DNA from: Nannocystis bainbridge
GTDB lineage: Bacteria > Myxococcota_A > Polyangia > Nannocystales > Nannocystaceae
DNA: 64,000 bases
Reading direction: 5' to 3'
Assembly: GCF_028368995.1 (NCBI RefSeq)
Contig: NZ_JAQNDL010000001.1
Coordinates: 4,256,001-4,320,000 of the forward strand
Made by a program: the position numbers and the translations under genes. The first letter of the stretch is position 1; every line of letters starts with the position of its first letter. Below are positions 49,222 to 59,122 of the stretch, in pieces. A model generated the notes under the pieces. The model searched no databases, was not told the DNA's origin, and worked only from the letters and a program-made list of their open reading frames with translations.

Positions 49222-49686
49222 TCATGCGCCGCTCGCGGAGGCTCCGCTGCGGGCGTCGGCGTCGGGCCCGTGCACCAGCCGCCTGTCCTCGACCTGGTAC
49301 AGGAACTCGACCGCTGCGTCGACGCTGGCCCCCTCGCCCACGACCTGCACCACGATCGTGCCAGTCCCCGCCCCGATCTCGAGCACGAGCCGGCGCGAGG
49401 TGCCGTAGAGCAGCATGAGCAGCAGCGCCACGCCGAACAGCCCATACGTGATCGTGCGGTCGTACTCGAGGGCGGCGATCCCGAGCACCGCGGTCACGGC
49501 CGCGAGCCACAGCAGCCACGGCAGATGGTGACGTCCCAATCGGACCCACTGCACCGCGGCGACGGGGATCGAAGTCAGCGCCGCCGACGAGCCCTCGCGC
49601 GCGCTCTGCCAGACCCGGTGGGATGTCAGCGTGATGTCCCGCCAGGTGGAGACCACGTGCTCGCCGCGCAACAGCTTGCGGTTCAT
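49222..49686 (-). CDS. Small two-TM hypothetical protein
   Basis: LLRGEHV..ITLTSHRV (PH-like start) then two hydrophobic helices. Confidence 0.65.
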   Translation of the reverse strand: MNRKLLRGEHVVSTWRDITLTSHRVWQSAREGSSAALTSIPVAAVQWVRLGRHHLPWLLWLAAVTAVLGIAALEYDRTITYGLFGVALLLMLLYGTSRRLVLEIGAGTGTIVVQVVGEGASVDAAVEFLYQVEDRRLVHGPDADARSGASASGA

Positions 49687-49774
49687 AACGCTCGCAGCAT
49701 GCTACCGCCGCCGCGAGGAGCGAGAAAGCGCGGCGTCCGGCCCATGGGCCACGGGTTATCCTCGCCGCTTGTCG

Positions 49775-50974
49775 GTGCGTGGACTGTTGACCCTGGTGGC
49801 CGGCGGATGGCTGGTGAACGCCGGCTGCGACGCCTCTGCGGGCCCTCGCGCGCGCGCTGCCGAGCAGCCGCCCCGGGTCGCGTCCGCGGGGCCTCCGGCG
49901 TCCTTGCGGGTTGCAGCTACACCGGACGGCGGGGCGTCCGCAGACACCGATCGGGGCCAGCCGCCAGCCCCCACCGGGCCCGCGCCGCTGTCACCCGAGC
50001 AGCGGGCGACGCTGGAGCGGGTGCGGGCCGAGCGGATCTTCGTCACCCCGCCCCTGCACTTCACGGCCAGCAACGAATACCGCCACGCGCTGTGGTTCCC
50101 GTTCGTGCAAGGGCTCGGCGGGGCCTACGTCGGCGTGGCCTCCGACCAGAACTACACGCTGCTGGCGGCGGCCCGCAGCGAGGTCGCGTTCATCGTCGAC
50201 ATCGACCGCAAGGTCGTCGACCTCCACCAGATCTACGCGGCGCTGATCGCCGCGGCCCCCGAGCCCGCGGGGTTCCTGGCGCTGTTCGAGCCCGGAGCCG
50301 GCGAGGCCGCGCGCCAGGCGATCGCGGCCGGGCTGGCGCACCAGCCTCGCGACCAGCAGGGCCGCGTGCAGGCGCTGTTCGCGGGCGAACGCGCGGCGCT
50401 GGCGGTGTACCTGCAACGGGTGCGCGACCAACAGATCGGCTCGTGGCTGGCCGATCCCGCGGCATACACCTATGTCCGCGAGATGTTCGCGGCCGGACGG
50501 ATCCGCGTGCTCCAGGGCAACCTCACCGGCAAAACGACGATGGCCGACATCGCCGCGGCGACTCGCGCGCTCGCGTTGCCGGTGACGGTCCTCTACCTCA
50601 GCAACGCCGAAGACTATCTGTTCTACACCGACCGCTTCGCCGCCAACGTGGCAGCGCTGCCGAGCTCCCCGCGCAGCGCGCTGCTGCGGACGATCCACGA
50701 CCGCTTCCCGACGTGGGAGAGCGCCGGCGAGGGCGATCCGCGCTGGCACTACCAGGTCCAGGCGCTCCCTGACTTCCAGCGAAGACTCGGGGACCGCTCC
50801 CACGGCCGCAACCAAGATCGTGCTTCGATGTTGACGACGGCGGTCGCCGTCGGCGCAGTCGAGCGCAAGTCTCGCGGGCTGAGCACGATCGCCCTGAACA
50901 CCACAGAACCGGCCGGAGAAGGAGATCTCCTCATCGCGCGCGCGGACGAGGCCGCAGCGCCACGCCGAGACTGA
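49775..50974 (+). CDS. Hypothetical lipoprotein, possibly a SAM-methyltransferase-like fold
   Basis: GTG 49775, NAGC lipobox-like; ASNE, GGAYVGVASDQNY, LYLSNAEDY. Confidence 0.65.
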   Translation: MRGLLTLVAGGWLVNAGCDASAGPRARAAEQPPRVASAGPPASLRVAATPDGGASADTDRGQPPAPTGPAPLSPEQRATLERVRAERIFVTPPLHFTASNEYRHALWFPFVQGLGGAYVGVASDQNYTLLAAARSEVAFIVDIDRKVVDLHQIYAALIAAAPEPAGFLALFEPGAGEAARQAIAAGLAHQPRDQQGRVQALFAGERAALAVYLQRVRDQQIGSWLADPAAYTYVREMFAAGRIRVLQGNLTGKTTMADIAAATRALALPVTVLYLSNAEDYLFYTDRFAANVAALPSSPRSALLRTIHDRFPTWESAGEGDPRWHYQVQALPDFQRRLGDRSHGRNQDRASMLTTAVAVGAVERKSRGLSTIALNTTEPAGEGDLLIARADEAAAPRRD

Positions 50975-51032
50975 CGCCCCGGCAGCTCGGCGATCGCAGA
51001 GCCCCTTTAAAAGTTTGTCACGCTCGCTCGCA

Positions 51033-51116
51033 GGGCCCGATAGACATGTTTAAAGAATCATGTCTTTAAAGACATGTCTGATTCGACATGCCCTTCACAA
51101 CATGTCCCATAGACGT
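51033..51116. repeat. Array of six 14-bp dyad units in exact phase
   Basis: Units start at 51033, 51047, 51061 (TGTCTTTAAAGACA), 51075 (TGTCTGATTCGACA), 51089, 51103. Confidence 0.85.
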
Positions 51117-51443
51117 TGCGCCGTCGCATCCGCAGGTACGACCTCGCGGCTCGCCGCGTCGGACGCGTCCTGCAGCCGGTCTCCAGCGGTTGCTGTCGTG
51201 CTGACGGAGAGACGCCAGCGGACTGGGTGCCCGGCTTCATGCTGCGCTCGGCCGCCCCCAGCACGACGTCGACCGCGGGCAGCAGCACCGCTTCGACCTG
51301 CTCGATCGGCTGCTGACGCTCGGTCGCTGCGGCTCGAGCTTCGCGCCGCCAGCCGCGGAGATCGACATGGACCCTGACGCTTGCCGCCTGGCCTTCGAGG
51401 CATGTCCCTTCGGGCATGCCCCCGCATCCGCCGCGCGAGCGCG

Positions 51444-54400
51444 TCACACCGCCAGCACGACGTCGGCCGCGGGGAACAGCAGCACCGCCTCGACCTGCTT
51501 GCGCTCGAGGCCGGCCTGCTCGGCCGCGGCCGCGCGCCAGGCGGTCACCGCGTCGCGGTAGAGGCGGGCCCGCTCCTCGGCCTCGGACTGCTTCTCGATG
51601 TTGTCGAGGCAGAGGCCGTAGACGACGGCCTTTTGCACATGGCCCTCGAGACCTGTCGCATCGACCTCGTCGAGGCCGAGCTCGAGGTTGGGGTCGAGGT
51701 CGAGCACGAGCCGGGCGATCTCGCCGGTCTGGAGGGCGCCGCTGCCGTCGAGGCGGGCGAACGGGACCTGCCGCTCGACCCGCGTCGCGGACGGGTCGCG
51801 CGCGCCGCGACTCAGCGCGGCGCGCAGGTTGGGGCCCTCGAGCACGCGCAAGAACTCCTGCACCCGCGCCCGCACCCACGTCTCGTCGCGGCTCGGCGCG
51901 GCGGCCCGCACGATCGCCTCGAGGCTCGGGGTGCTCGGGTTGAACTCCTCGAACCAGGCGATCTCGGCGAACAGGGCCCGCATCGCCGCGCCCCAGTGCG
52001 ACAGCGGCGTGTCCGCCAGGTGCATGTGGTCGGCGACGGTGCGGCCCGGGTCCTGCGCGAGCACGGCGGCGCGCACCAGCGGGCCCTGCGAGGGCAAGAA
52101 GCTGAGGCTCGTCGGCTCGCTCACCGGCACCGCCGCCGGCCGCTCACCCGCTCCCGCCGGCGCCGACTCGAGGTGCGGCGCCGAGGGGTCGACGGGGCCG
52201 GGCTCGACGTAGGCGTGCGGCGCCAGCCAGCTGCGGTCGCCGTGCTCGAACAGCACGCTGTCGGGCTCGACCGGGCCCTCGTGCAGCGCGTGGATCACCA
52301 GCGCCGCGGCCTTGGCCGGCGCGCCGCGGCTGCCCTCGCTCGGCGGGTCGACGAGGATGAACAGGCCCTCGCGCGCGCGCGTGACGGCGACGTAGAGGAG
52401 GCACAGGCTCTCGTGCGCCAGCCGGTCGATGTGCTGCTCGAAGATCGGGCGCAGGTCGTCGAACTGCTGCCACATGTCCTTCGAGACATGGCGGGCGATC
52501 CGGATCACCGGGCCGGCGTCGCCGTCGCGCTCGTAGACGACCTTGAGCGTGCGCGTCGAGGCCAGCTCGGTCTCGAGCTCGGGCAGGATGACGATGTCGA
52601 ACTCGAGGCCCTTCGACTGGTGGACCGTCATCACCTGGACCGCGGAGGCGGCCGGGTCGGCGACGGGCCGCGTCTCGACCATGGCGACGAACTGGTCGCA
52701 GCGGAGGGTCCGCCGCTCGTCCCACACCTGCGCCAGCTGGATGAGCTGCATGCAGCGCCGGTACTGCCGCTCGTCGACCTGGCCGGCGATCGCCCGCACC
52801 CACTGCTGCAGGGTCGGCGCCAGGCCGTCGCTGGCGATCTGCCGCCGCACCCGCGCGGCGACGCGGCGCTGCAGGTTGCGGTCGTCCTTGTCGAAGCCGA
52901 CCACCTGTCCCAAAGGACTGGCGAACACGTTGAAGCCGGCGATCGAGTGATCGGGGTGGTCGGCGAGGCGCAGCAGGTCGAGGATCGCGTTGACCGCGGG
53001 GGCGTCGGTGAGCGGGCCGCCGCCGCGGCCGGTCGCGGGGATCTTGAGGCGGGTCGGGCCGAGCTCGTAGAGGACGCGGCCGACGGCGCCGTTGGTCCGC
53101 AGCAGCACGCCGATCGTCTTGCCGGGGTGGCGGTGGTACAGCTCGGCGACCAGCGCCGCGGCCTCCTGCAGGCGCAGCTGCTGCCGCTTGCCCTGGTCCT
53201 CGCAGCGGCCGACCGCGCGCACCTGCACGTAGCCGGGCAGCTTGCGGGTGGTGGTGTGCTGCTCGAACTCGGAGTCCCAGCGGCGCGCGGCGTACGGGTA
53301 GCGCAGCAGCGTCGGGTTGTCCTTGAGGTTGGTGAAGATCTTGTTGACGACCTCGATCACCGCCGGCGACGAGCGGTAGCTGGTGGCGAGGGTCTCCTTG
53401 TGCAGCACCTGACCACCTGGCCGATGGAGCAGGTCGTCGAGACGCGAGAGGATCTCGGGGCAGGCGTTGCGCCAGCCGTAGATCGACTGCTTGACGTCGC
53501 CGACGCAGAAGAAGCTGCGCTCGTCGGTCGAGTACGACACGGTCTCGTCGACGATCGGCCGCAGGGCGTTCCACTGCTGGATGCTGGTGTCCTGCATCTC
53601 GTCGAGCAGGACGTGGCGCAGGCGGGCGTCGATGCGGAAGCAGATCTCGTCGAGGTGGCCGGAGAGGTCGGCCTGCGCCAGCGCGACGGTGAGGTCGGCG
53701 AAGGTGATGACCTTGTGCTCGCGCTTGACCCGGCGATAACAGCTGTCGAACAGCTGCAGCAGGGTGCAGGTGGCCCGGGTCTGCTCGATGACGCGGCGGC
53801 GGAACACCCCGCGCGCGTGGCCGAGCAGGCGCCGGTAGGCGAACACGGTGCCCGGCGCGATCGGCTTGTTGTAGTAGACGAGCTCGTTCTCGGCGACCTT
53901 CTTGGCCAGACCGGTGGTGAAGAACTCCATCCAGTCGTCGGAGCTGCCGCCGCGGCACTGCTCGGCGCGCTGACAGTCCTTCTGGTGGGCCTCGATGCCG
54001 CGCTTGCCGAGGTCGGTCGGCACGGCGAAGCGCAGGGTCGCGATCGCGTCGTCGAGCTCCTGCTCGCCGAGCGTCGGCTCGGGCGCGATCGCCTCCCACG
54101 CGGAGGTGTCGTGGGCCTCGCGGTAGAGGTCGTAGAGCGAGCTGACGGTGTTGTCGATGGTGTCGGTGACGGCCCGCTCGGAGCTGCCCTCGGTCAGCGA
54201 CGCCAGCAGCTCGATGATCGCCTCGGTGTCGCCCTCCTCGAGCATGAGCCCGATCGCCTCGCGGCGCAGGCGGAAGGCCTCGTCCTCGTCGACGATCCGG
54301 GCGTCGGTCGGCAGCCCGAGCTCGAGCGAGAAGCAGCGCACGATCGTGCCGAAGAAGCTGTCGAGCGTGCGGATCTGCAGGCGGTGGAGGTTGTTGGCCA

Positions 54401-56174
54401 GGCTGGCCAGGAGGTCGAGCACGCGGGTGCGCGCGAGGTCGCGGTGGAGCCGGTGGCCGAGCTCCTCGCGCTTGGCGCCGTCGTCGGCGGCCTCGGCGAG
54501 GGTGCGCAAGATTCGGTCGCGGATCTCGCCGGCAGCGGCGCGGGTGAAGGTGCTGGCGAGGATCGAGTAGGGGAAGGCGCCCCGACTCAAGATCTGCAAG
54601 TAGCGGTTGGTGAGCTGGTAGGTCTTGCCCGAGCCGGCCGAGGCCAGGATCCGCATGTGCTCGAGCCGGTGCCCGCCGGTGAGCCGCGGGTCGGGCGGGA
54701 GGTCGAACGCGGCCTCGGCGACCCGCTCGGCCTCGGCGATCACGGCGAGGACGTCCTGCCGCGGGGCGGGCGGCATGTCCTCGGGGACATACGACCTGAC
54801 CTTGGCACCAGGTCGCTTGCGCGCGTGCGGCGGGTCGAGCACGACGGCCTCGGCGAGGGCGATCGCGTCGGCGAGGTTGTCGGCCGGGCCCGGGAGATCG
54901 GTGGCGTGCGCGAGGGCGTCGATCTCGTCCGGGACGAAGCGCCGGGTCCGTGGCGGCTCGACGGCGACCTGGCTCGCGTGCAGCTCGCCGTCCCCGGGCT
55001 CGAGCCACTCGGCGTCGGCGGGCGAGATGTCCTCTTGAACAGGCTCGGACGGGACTTGGTCGCGGCTGTCCTCGCGGACAGGTCGCTCGACGAGGGTCTC
55101 TGCGCGACGCGAGGGCTCGCCGGGGGCGTTGCGGCCCGTCGCGCCCGCGCGGTCGGCTCCTTCGCGGTCGTCCGGGCCACCGTCCGAAAGGACAGGCGAT
55201 TCGTCGCGCGCACGGTCGCTGACGGCGCGCGCGCGCCTGCTCGAAGCGACGGAGGCCTCGACTTCGGCGACGCGCGCTGGCGCTTCCCCGTCCAGGACAT
55301 GGAACGTCCTGTCCGAAGAGACATGTACCGAGCTCACGCTCTGTCTCTGCTCCTCGGCGGCGGCGTCGCTCTCGAGGACAGGCTCATCGGACAGGGCATC
55401 GTTCGCGTGGCGAGATGTCCTGACCGACGGGACAGGCGCGCCTGCCCGCGGCTCACTCGCGCCGCGCGCCATGTCCTTCGGGACAGGTCTTCCCGCCTGT
55501 GGCTCACTCGCACCGCGCGCCTCACCGCGCGCCTCACCGCTCGTCGGCGGCTCACTCGCGCTGCGAGGCTTCCTGTCCGCGAGGCCAGGTTCTCTCGTCG
55601 GCGGCTCGCTCACACCACGGGACCTCCTGTCCGTCGGGACAGGTCCGCTCGCCTGCGCCTCACTCGCGCCGCGAGGCTTCCTGTCCGCAGGGCCAGGTTC
55701 TCTCGTCGGCGGCTCGCTCGCGCTGCGAGGCTTCCTGTCCGTGGGGACAGGTCCGCCCGCCTGCGTCTCGCTCGCGCCGCCGGGCCTCCTGTTCGAAGGA
55801 GTAGAGGACGCCTCGCCCATCCGGTCGCCGGTGTCGCGGGCTCTCCTGTCCGTCGGGACAGGTCCGCCCGCTTCGGTCTCGCTCGCACCGCCGGCTTTCG
55901 AGATCGTCGGCGGCTCGCCGCGGTCGCCCTTGCGGCCGCGCCGGCGCGGCTCGGCGGCGGGCTCCGGTTGCGGGGCCGGGCGCGCGGCTGCTTCGGCGCT
56001 GCGGGCGAAGGCGCCGGCGACCGCGTTGAAAAGGTCGCGCGCGGGGCGGGCGACCTGACGCGGGGCGGTGCGGTTGCGCCTGGCCTTGCGGACAGGTGGT
56101 GGCGCCGCCGCGGCATCGGGCTCGCCGAACAGCCACAGCGACTCCGGGCGCGGCGGCTTCTCGGGGTCGCTCAC
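51444..56174 (-). CDS. addA: AddA/UvrD-type helicase subunit with long N-terminal extension and degenerate C-terminal nuclease
   Basis: ASAGSGKT, TFTRAAAGE, LDEMQDT, VGDVKQSIYGWR, SYRSS, MTVHQSKGLEF, LLYVAVTRA; GTGA overlap with the upstream stop. Confidence 0.88.
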   Translation of the reverse strand: MSDPEKPPRPESLWLFGEPDAAAAPPPVRKARRNRTAPRQVARPARDLFNAVAGAFARSAEAAARPAPQPEPAAEPRRRGRKGDRGEPPTISKAGGASETEAGGPVPTDRRARDTGDRMGEASSTPSNRRPGGASETQAGGPVPTDRKPRSASEPPTREPGPADRKPRGASEAQASGPVPTDRRSRGVSEPPTREPGLADRKPRSASEPPTSGEARGEARGASEPQAGRPVPKDMARGASEPRAGAPVPSVRTSRHANDALSDEPVLESDAAAEEQRQSVSSVHVSSDRTFHVLDGEAPARVAEVEASVASSRRARAVSDRARDESPVLSDGGPDDREGADRAGATGRNAPGEPSRRAETLVERPVREDSRDQVPSEPVQEDISPADAEWLEPGDGELHASQVAVEPPRTRRFVPDEIDALAHATDLPGPADNLADAIALAEAVVLDPPHARKRPGAKVRSYVPEDMPPAPRQDVLAVIAEAERVAEAAFDLPPDPRLTGGHRLEHMRILASAGSGKTYQLTNRYLQILSRGAFPYSILASTFTRAAAGEIRDRILRTLAEAADDGAKREELGHRLHRDLARTRVLDLLASLANNLHRLQIRTLDSFFGTIVRCFSLELGLPTDARIVDEDEAFRLRREAIGLMLEEGDTEAIIELLASLTEGSSERAVTDTIDNTVSSLYDLYREAHDTSAWEAIAPEPTLGEQELDDAIATLRFAVPTDLGKRGIEAHQKDCQRAEQCRGGSSDDWMEFFTTGLAKKVAENELVYYNKPIAPGTVFAYRRLLGHARGVFRRRVIEQTRATCTLLQLFDSCYRRVKREHKVITFADLTVALAQADLSGHLDEICFRIDARLRHVLLDEMQDTSIQQWNALRPIVDETVSYSTDERSFFCVGDVKQSIYGWRNACPEILSRLDDLLHRPGGQVLHKETLATSYRSSPAVIEVVNKIFTNLKDNPTLLRYPYAARRWDSEFEQHTTTRKLPGYVQVRAVGRCEDQGKRQQLRLQEAAALVAELYHRHPGKTIGVLLRTNGAVGRVLYELGPTRLKIPATGRGGGPLTDAPAVNAILDLLRLADHPDHSIAGFNVFASPLGQVVGFDKDDRNLQRRVAARVRRQIASDGLAPTLQQWVRAIAGQVDERQYRRCMQLIQLAQVWDERRTLRCDQFVAMVETRPVADPAASAVQVMTVHQSKGLEFDIVILPELETELASTRTLKVVYERDGDAGPVIRIARHVSKDMWQQFDDLRPIFEQHIDRLAHESLCLLYVAVTRAREGLFILVDPPSEGSRGAPAKAAALVIHALHEGPVEPDSVLFEHGDRSWLAPHAYVEPGPVDPSAPHLESAPAGAGERPAAVPVSEPTSLSFLPSQGPLVRAAVLAQDPGRTVADHMHLADTPLSHWGAAMRALFAEIAWFEEFNPSTPSLEAIVRAAAPSRDETWVRARVQEFLRVLEGPNLRAALSRGARDPSATRVERQVPFARLDGSGALQTGEIARLVLDLDPNLELGLDEVDATGLEGHVQKAVVYGLCLDNIEKQSEAEERARLYRDAVTAWRAAAAEQAGLERKQVEAVLLFPAADVVLAV
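55500..55890. repeat. 54-bp (18-aa) tandem repeats inside the AddA N-terminal extension
   Basis: Dyad-type units at 55574, 55628, 55682, 55736 (54-bp period) and 55847; peptides such as GPVPTDRKPRSASEPPTRE. Confidence 0.8.
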
Positions 56175-59122
56175 GCCTCGGCCTCCAGGTCGTCGGCGCC
56201 GCCGAACACGCGGGTCTGGCAGATGTTGGCGAAGTCGTCCTGGTAGCGGGCGGCGAAGTCGCCCATGATGTCGAAGCGGCCGGCGCGGATGCTGCGGACG
56301 ATGTCCCGCGCGGTGCCGACGGCGTCATCGAGGTCGGCCGGGGTCCAGCGGGCGATGTGCAGCGCCTCCTGCTCCGGCTTCTTCGGCAAGTTCATGTAAG
56401 CCAGCTGGACCGGCCCGGAGTAGCCGTGCTGGGCCGCGAGGTGGTGGTAGAGCGGCAGCTGCAGGTCGCTCCACTGGCTCGCCGAACCCCGGGCCGCCCG
56501 GTGCGTCTTGTCGGGGCTGTGGCCCGACTCGCTGGTCTTGTAGTCGATGATCATCCACGAGCCGTCGCGGACGTTTTGATCGATGCGATCGATCTTCCCC
56601 TTGATCCGCATCTTCGGCTGATCGGGAATTTGCAGGTAGGTCTCCTCGGGCAGCTCGAACTCGCAGCGGCGGATCTTCCAGCCGTCGGCGCGGCGGCGGG
56701 CCTGGTGCGGCGCGAACGAGGCGAGGCGCTGGCGGAGGCGCGAGATCTGGATCCGGATCGCCGGCAGCGGGCGGGCGCCGAAGGTCTCGCGCGCGCGGTC
56801 GTCGAGCACGCCGTCGAGGTACTTGGCGATCGCCTCGGGGTCGACGCTGTCGGCGATCGCCGGGTCCTCGCCGAAGCGCTGCAGGACGTCGTGGGTCAGG
56901 TTGCCGAACTGCAGCGCGTCGAGCTCGACGGCGCTGTCGTCGATCAGGCGCAGGCGGCGGACGTACTTGAGGTAGTAGCGGAACGGGCAGCGCAGGTAGA
57001 GGCCGAACTCGGTGACCGTCATGGCCGGCGGCTCGATCGGCGGGCCGGGTTCGGGGATCCGGAAGCCGGAGGTCGCGCTAGAGGGCGGGGCGCCGTACGG
57101 CAGGGCCCAGCGGCGGGCATGGTTCGGATCGCAGAGCCGGAGGATCCGCGCCGGCAGCAGCTCGAGGTCGCCGGCGAGCAGCAAGCGCGAAGGCGTGAGC
57201 GGCTCGCCGTCGGCGGCCTGGCGCCCGGCGATGAAGGTGCACTTGACGCGGCTGCGGCGGATCGCCTCGATGAGGTAGGCGTCGCGGGCGTAGCGGCGGC
57301 CGTTGCTGAGCACGCCGAGGTGCTCACGCAGGCCGTCGGGCAGGAACGCGTCGGCGGTGACGGCCTGCGGCACGGCGCCGTCGTTGCAACCGGCGAGCAC
57401 CAGCACCGGCGCCGGATCGTGGTGCAGCTCGAGCCAGCCGAGCATCTCGATCTGGCCCGAGCGCGGGTCCTCGGGCACGCGCAGGCCGGCAAGCTGCGCG
57501 AGCACGAGGCGCAGCGCGGTCGGGCCGTCGACGTCGGGCTGGAGCCCGGGCGCGGCGCCGGTCAGGTTGCCGAGGTTCTTGGCGATCTCGATGCAGGTGT
57601 TGGCGACCCGCTGGTCGCTGATCGCCCGCGCGTGGACGTCGAGGTGGCCGTAGGCGTTGCGCAGGACCTCGAGGATCGGCTCGAACCACTGCGTCAGCGG
57701 CCGGCGGTCGCCCACCAGCGGCGAGTACAGCTTGGCGACGATGTCGTGGAGGATCTGCATCCGCCGCGCGACCTTCTCGTCGCCGAGCCACGCGCTACCG
57801 AGGTTGTCCTGCAGGTGCTCGGTGTGATAGCGGTCGAGCACCGTCAACCACTCGACGATCGTGTGGTCGTCGGCGGCGACGTCGTCCTTGCTGTCCTTTG
57901 GGACCTGTCCTTCGAGACCTGCGCTGAAGGGCACGTCCTCGGGGACCTGTTCGGCGGGCTTGGCCTCGGCCCACTCGGGCGCGGGGCCGGCCGGCGGCTT
58001 GGCCTTGCCGAGCAGGCGGCGGACGAAGCCCTCGACGTCGGGGTGGCGGATCAGCGCGGCGAACGGGAAGAACCGCGAGTCGCGGACCCACTCGAGCCCG
58101 GCCTGCAGCAGGCGGAACGGGCGGCCGTGGAGGGCCAGGAGGCCGCGCGGGTCGTGCACGCCGATGTCGGCCCACTGCCCGGCCTGGGTCATGGTCGGCG
58201 CGAGCTTCTCGTCGCCGAGGCCGATCGTGACCTCTTCGGGGCGGTAGGCGCCGCCGAGGTCGGCGAGGCAGCGGATGACGGCCTGGGCCTGGTCGGCGGG
58301 GCGGTCGGCGATGATGAGCTGGTCGTCGGGGATCTCGATCGGGCGACCGGACCAGAAGTTGCGCTCGACGCAGCCGTCGGCGTCGAAGCCGGAATAGAGC
58401 TGCTCGGGGGCGTGGATCAGGGCGGTGGCGCGGTCGCCGTAGGCGCGGACGATGGCGCGGTGGACCCGGGCGAGGTCGACGACGCCGACGAGCACGAGCT
58501 GGTGGTCCGGGTCGACCGGGGTGGCGCCGTCGACGAGGGCGGCGATGACCTCGCGCCGGCGCTCGTGCGGGCAGACGCGGTCCTCGCGGCCGAGGCGCTC
58601 GCGGTAGCGGCCCTCGAGGCGCTCGAGCACGGCCCAGCGCTCGGCCTCGCGGTCCATGCTCATGCGGGCGGCGACGCGGGCGACGTCGCGGAGCGCCAGC
58701 AGCTCGGCCGACAGCTCGTCGACGACGCCGGCGACGGTGCCCGCGAGCTCGTGCCAGGCCGGCCAGTCGTAGAAGTCGGGGCGGGTCGGCAGCAGCGGCG
58801 AGATGTGCTCGGGGCGGGCCTCCCGCAGCACGTGCATCCACGCGAGGGTGCACTCCAGGGGCGAAGCGGTGCGGGCGTCGCCGGGGACCAGCAGCTCGGC
58901 GAGGGCCCCAGGGGTCAGGACCTGCGGCGGGACCAGGCGGAGGCCGCGCTCGGCGCACTGGCGGAGCAGCAGGTGCAGCAGGACCCGGCCGGCGCGGGCG
59001 CCAGGCAGCACGCAGCGGACCGCCCGCAGGTCGCAGCGACGACCTTCGGCGTGGCGCTCGATGAGCCAGGCGGCGGCCGCGGGGAGCAGCGGCCCTTGCC
59101 AGTCCAACCATTGACGCTGCAT
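56171..59122 (-). CDS. addB: AddB-like subunit with C-terminal PD-(D/E)xK nuclease
   Basis: VLPGARAGRVL, YLRCPFRYYL, FGNLTHDVL, GKIDRID, IIDYKT, QLPLY. Confidence 0.85.
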   Translation of the reverse strand: MQRQWLDWQGPLLPAAAAWLIERHAEGRRCDLRAVRCVLPGARAGRVLLHLLLRQCAERGLRLVPPQVLTPGALAELLVPGDARTASPLECTLAWMHVLREARPEHISPLLPTRPDFYDWPAWHELAGTVAGVVDELSAELLALRDVARVAARMSMDREAERWAVLERLEGRYRERLGREDRVCPHERRREVIAALVDGATPVDPDHQLVLVGVVDLARVHRAIVRAYGDRATALIHAPEQLYSGFDADGCVERNFWSGRPIEIPDDQLIIADRPADQAQAVIRCLADLGGAYRPEEVTIGLGDEKLAPTMTQAGQWADIGVHDPRGLLALHGRPFRLLQAGLEWVRDSRFFPFAALIRHPDVEGFVRRLLGKAKPPAGPAPEWAEAKPAEQVPEDVPFSAGLEGQVPKDSKDDVAADDHTIVEWLTVLDRYHTEHLQDNLGSAWLGDEKVARRMQILHDIVAKLYSPLVGDRRPLTQWFEPILEVLRNAYGHLDVHARAISDQRVANTCIEIAKNLGNLTGAAPGLQPDVDGPTALRLVLAQLAGLRVPEDPRSGQIEMLGWLELHHDPAPVLVLAGCNDGAVPQAVTADAFLPDGLREHLGVLSNGRRYARDAYLIEAIRRSRVKCTFIAGRQAADGEPLTPSRLLLAGDLELLPARILRLCDPNHARRWALPYGAPPSSATSGFRIPEPGPPIEPPAMTVTEFGLYLRCPFRYYLKYVRRLRLIDDSAVELDALQFGNLTHDVLQRFGEDPAIADSVDPEAIAKYLDGVLDDRARETFGARPLPAIRIQISRLRQRLASFAPHQARRRADGWKIRRCEFELPEETYLQIPDQPKMRIKGKIDRIDQNVRDGSWMIIDYKTSESGHSPDKTHRAARGSASQWSDLQLPLYHHLAAQHGYSGPVQLAYMNLPKKPEQEALHIARWTPADLDDAVGTARDIVRSIRAGRFDIMGDFAARYQDDFANICQTRVFGGADDLEAEA

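Noticed and set aside
51033-51116. 14-bp phased array as a mini-CRISPR or replication iterons
   Set aside because: The variable parts are only 6 bp, no cas or rep gene is present, and the same unit is scattered through housekeeping genes.
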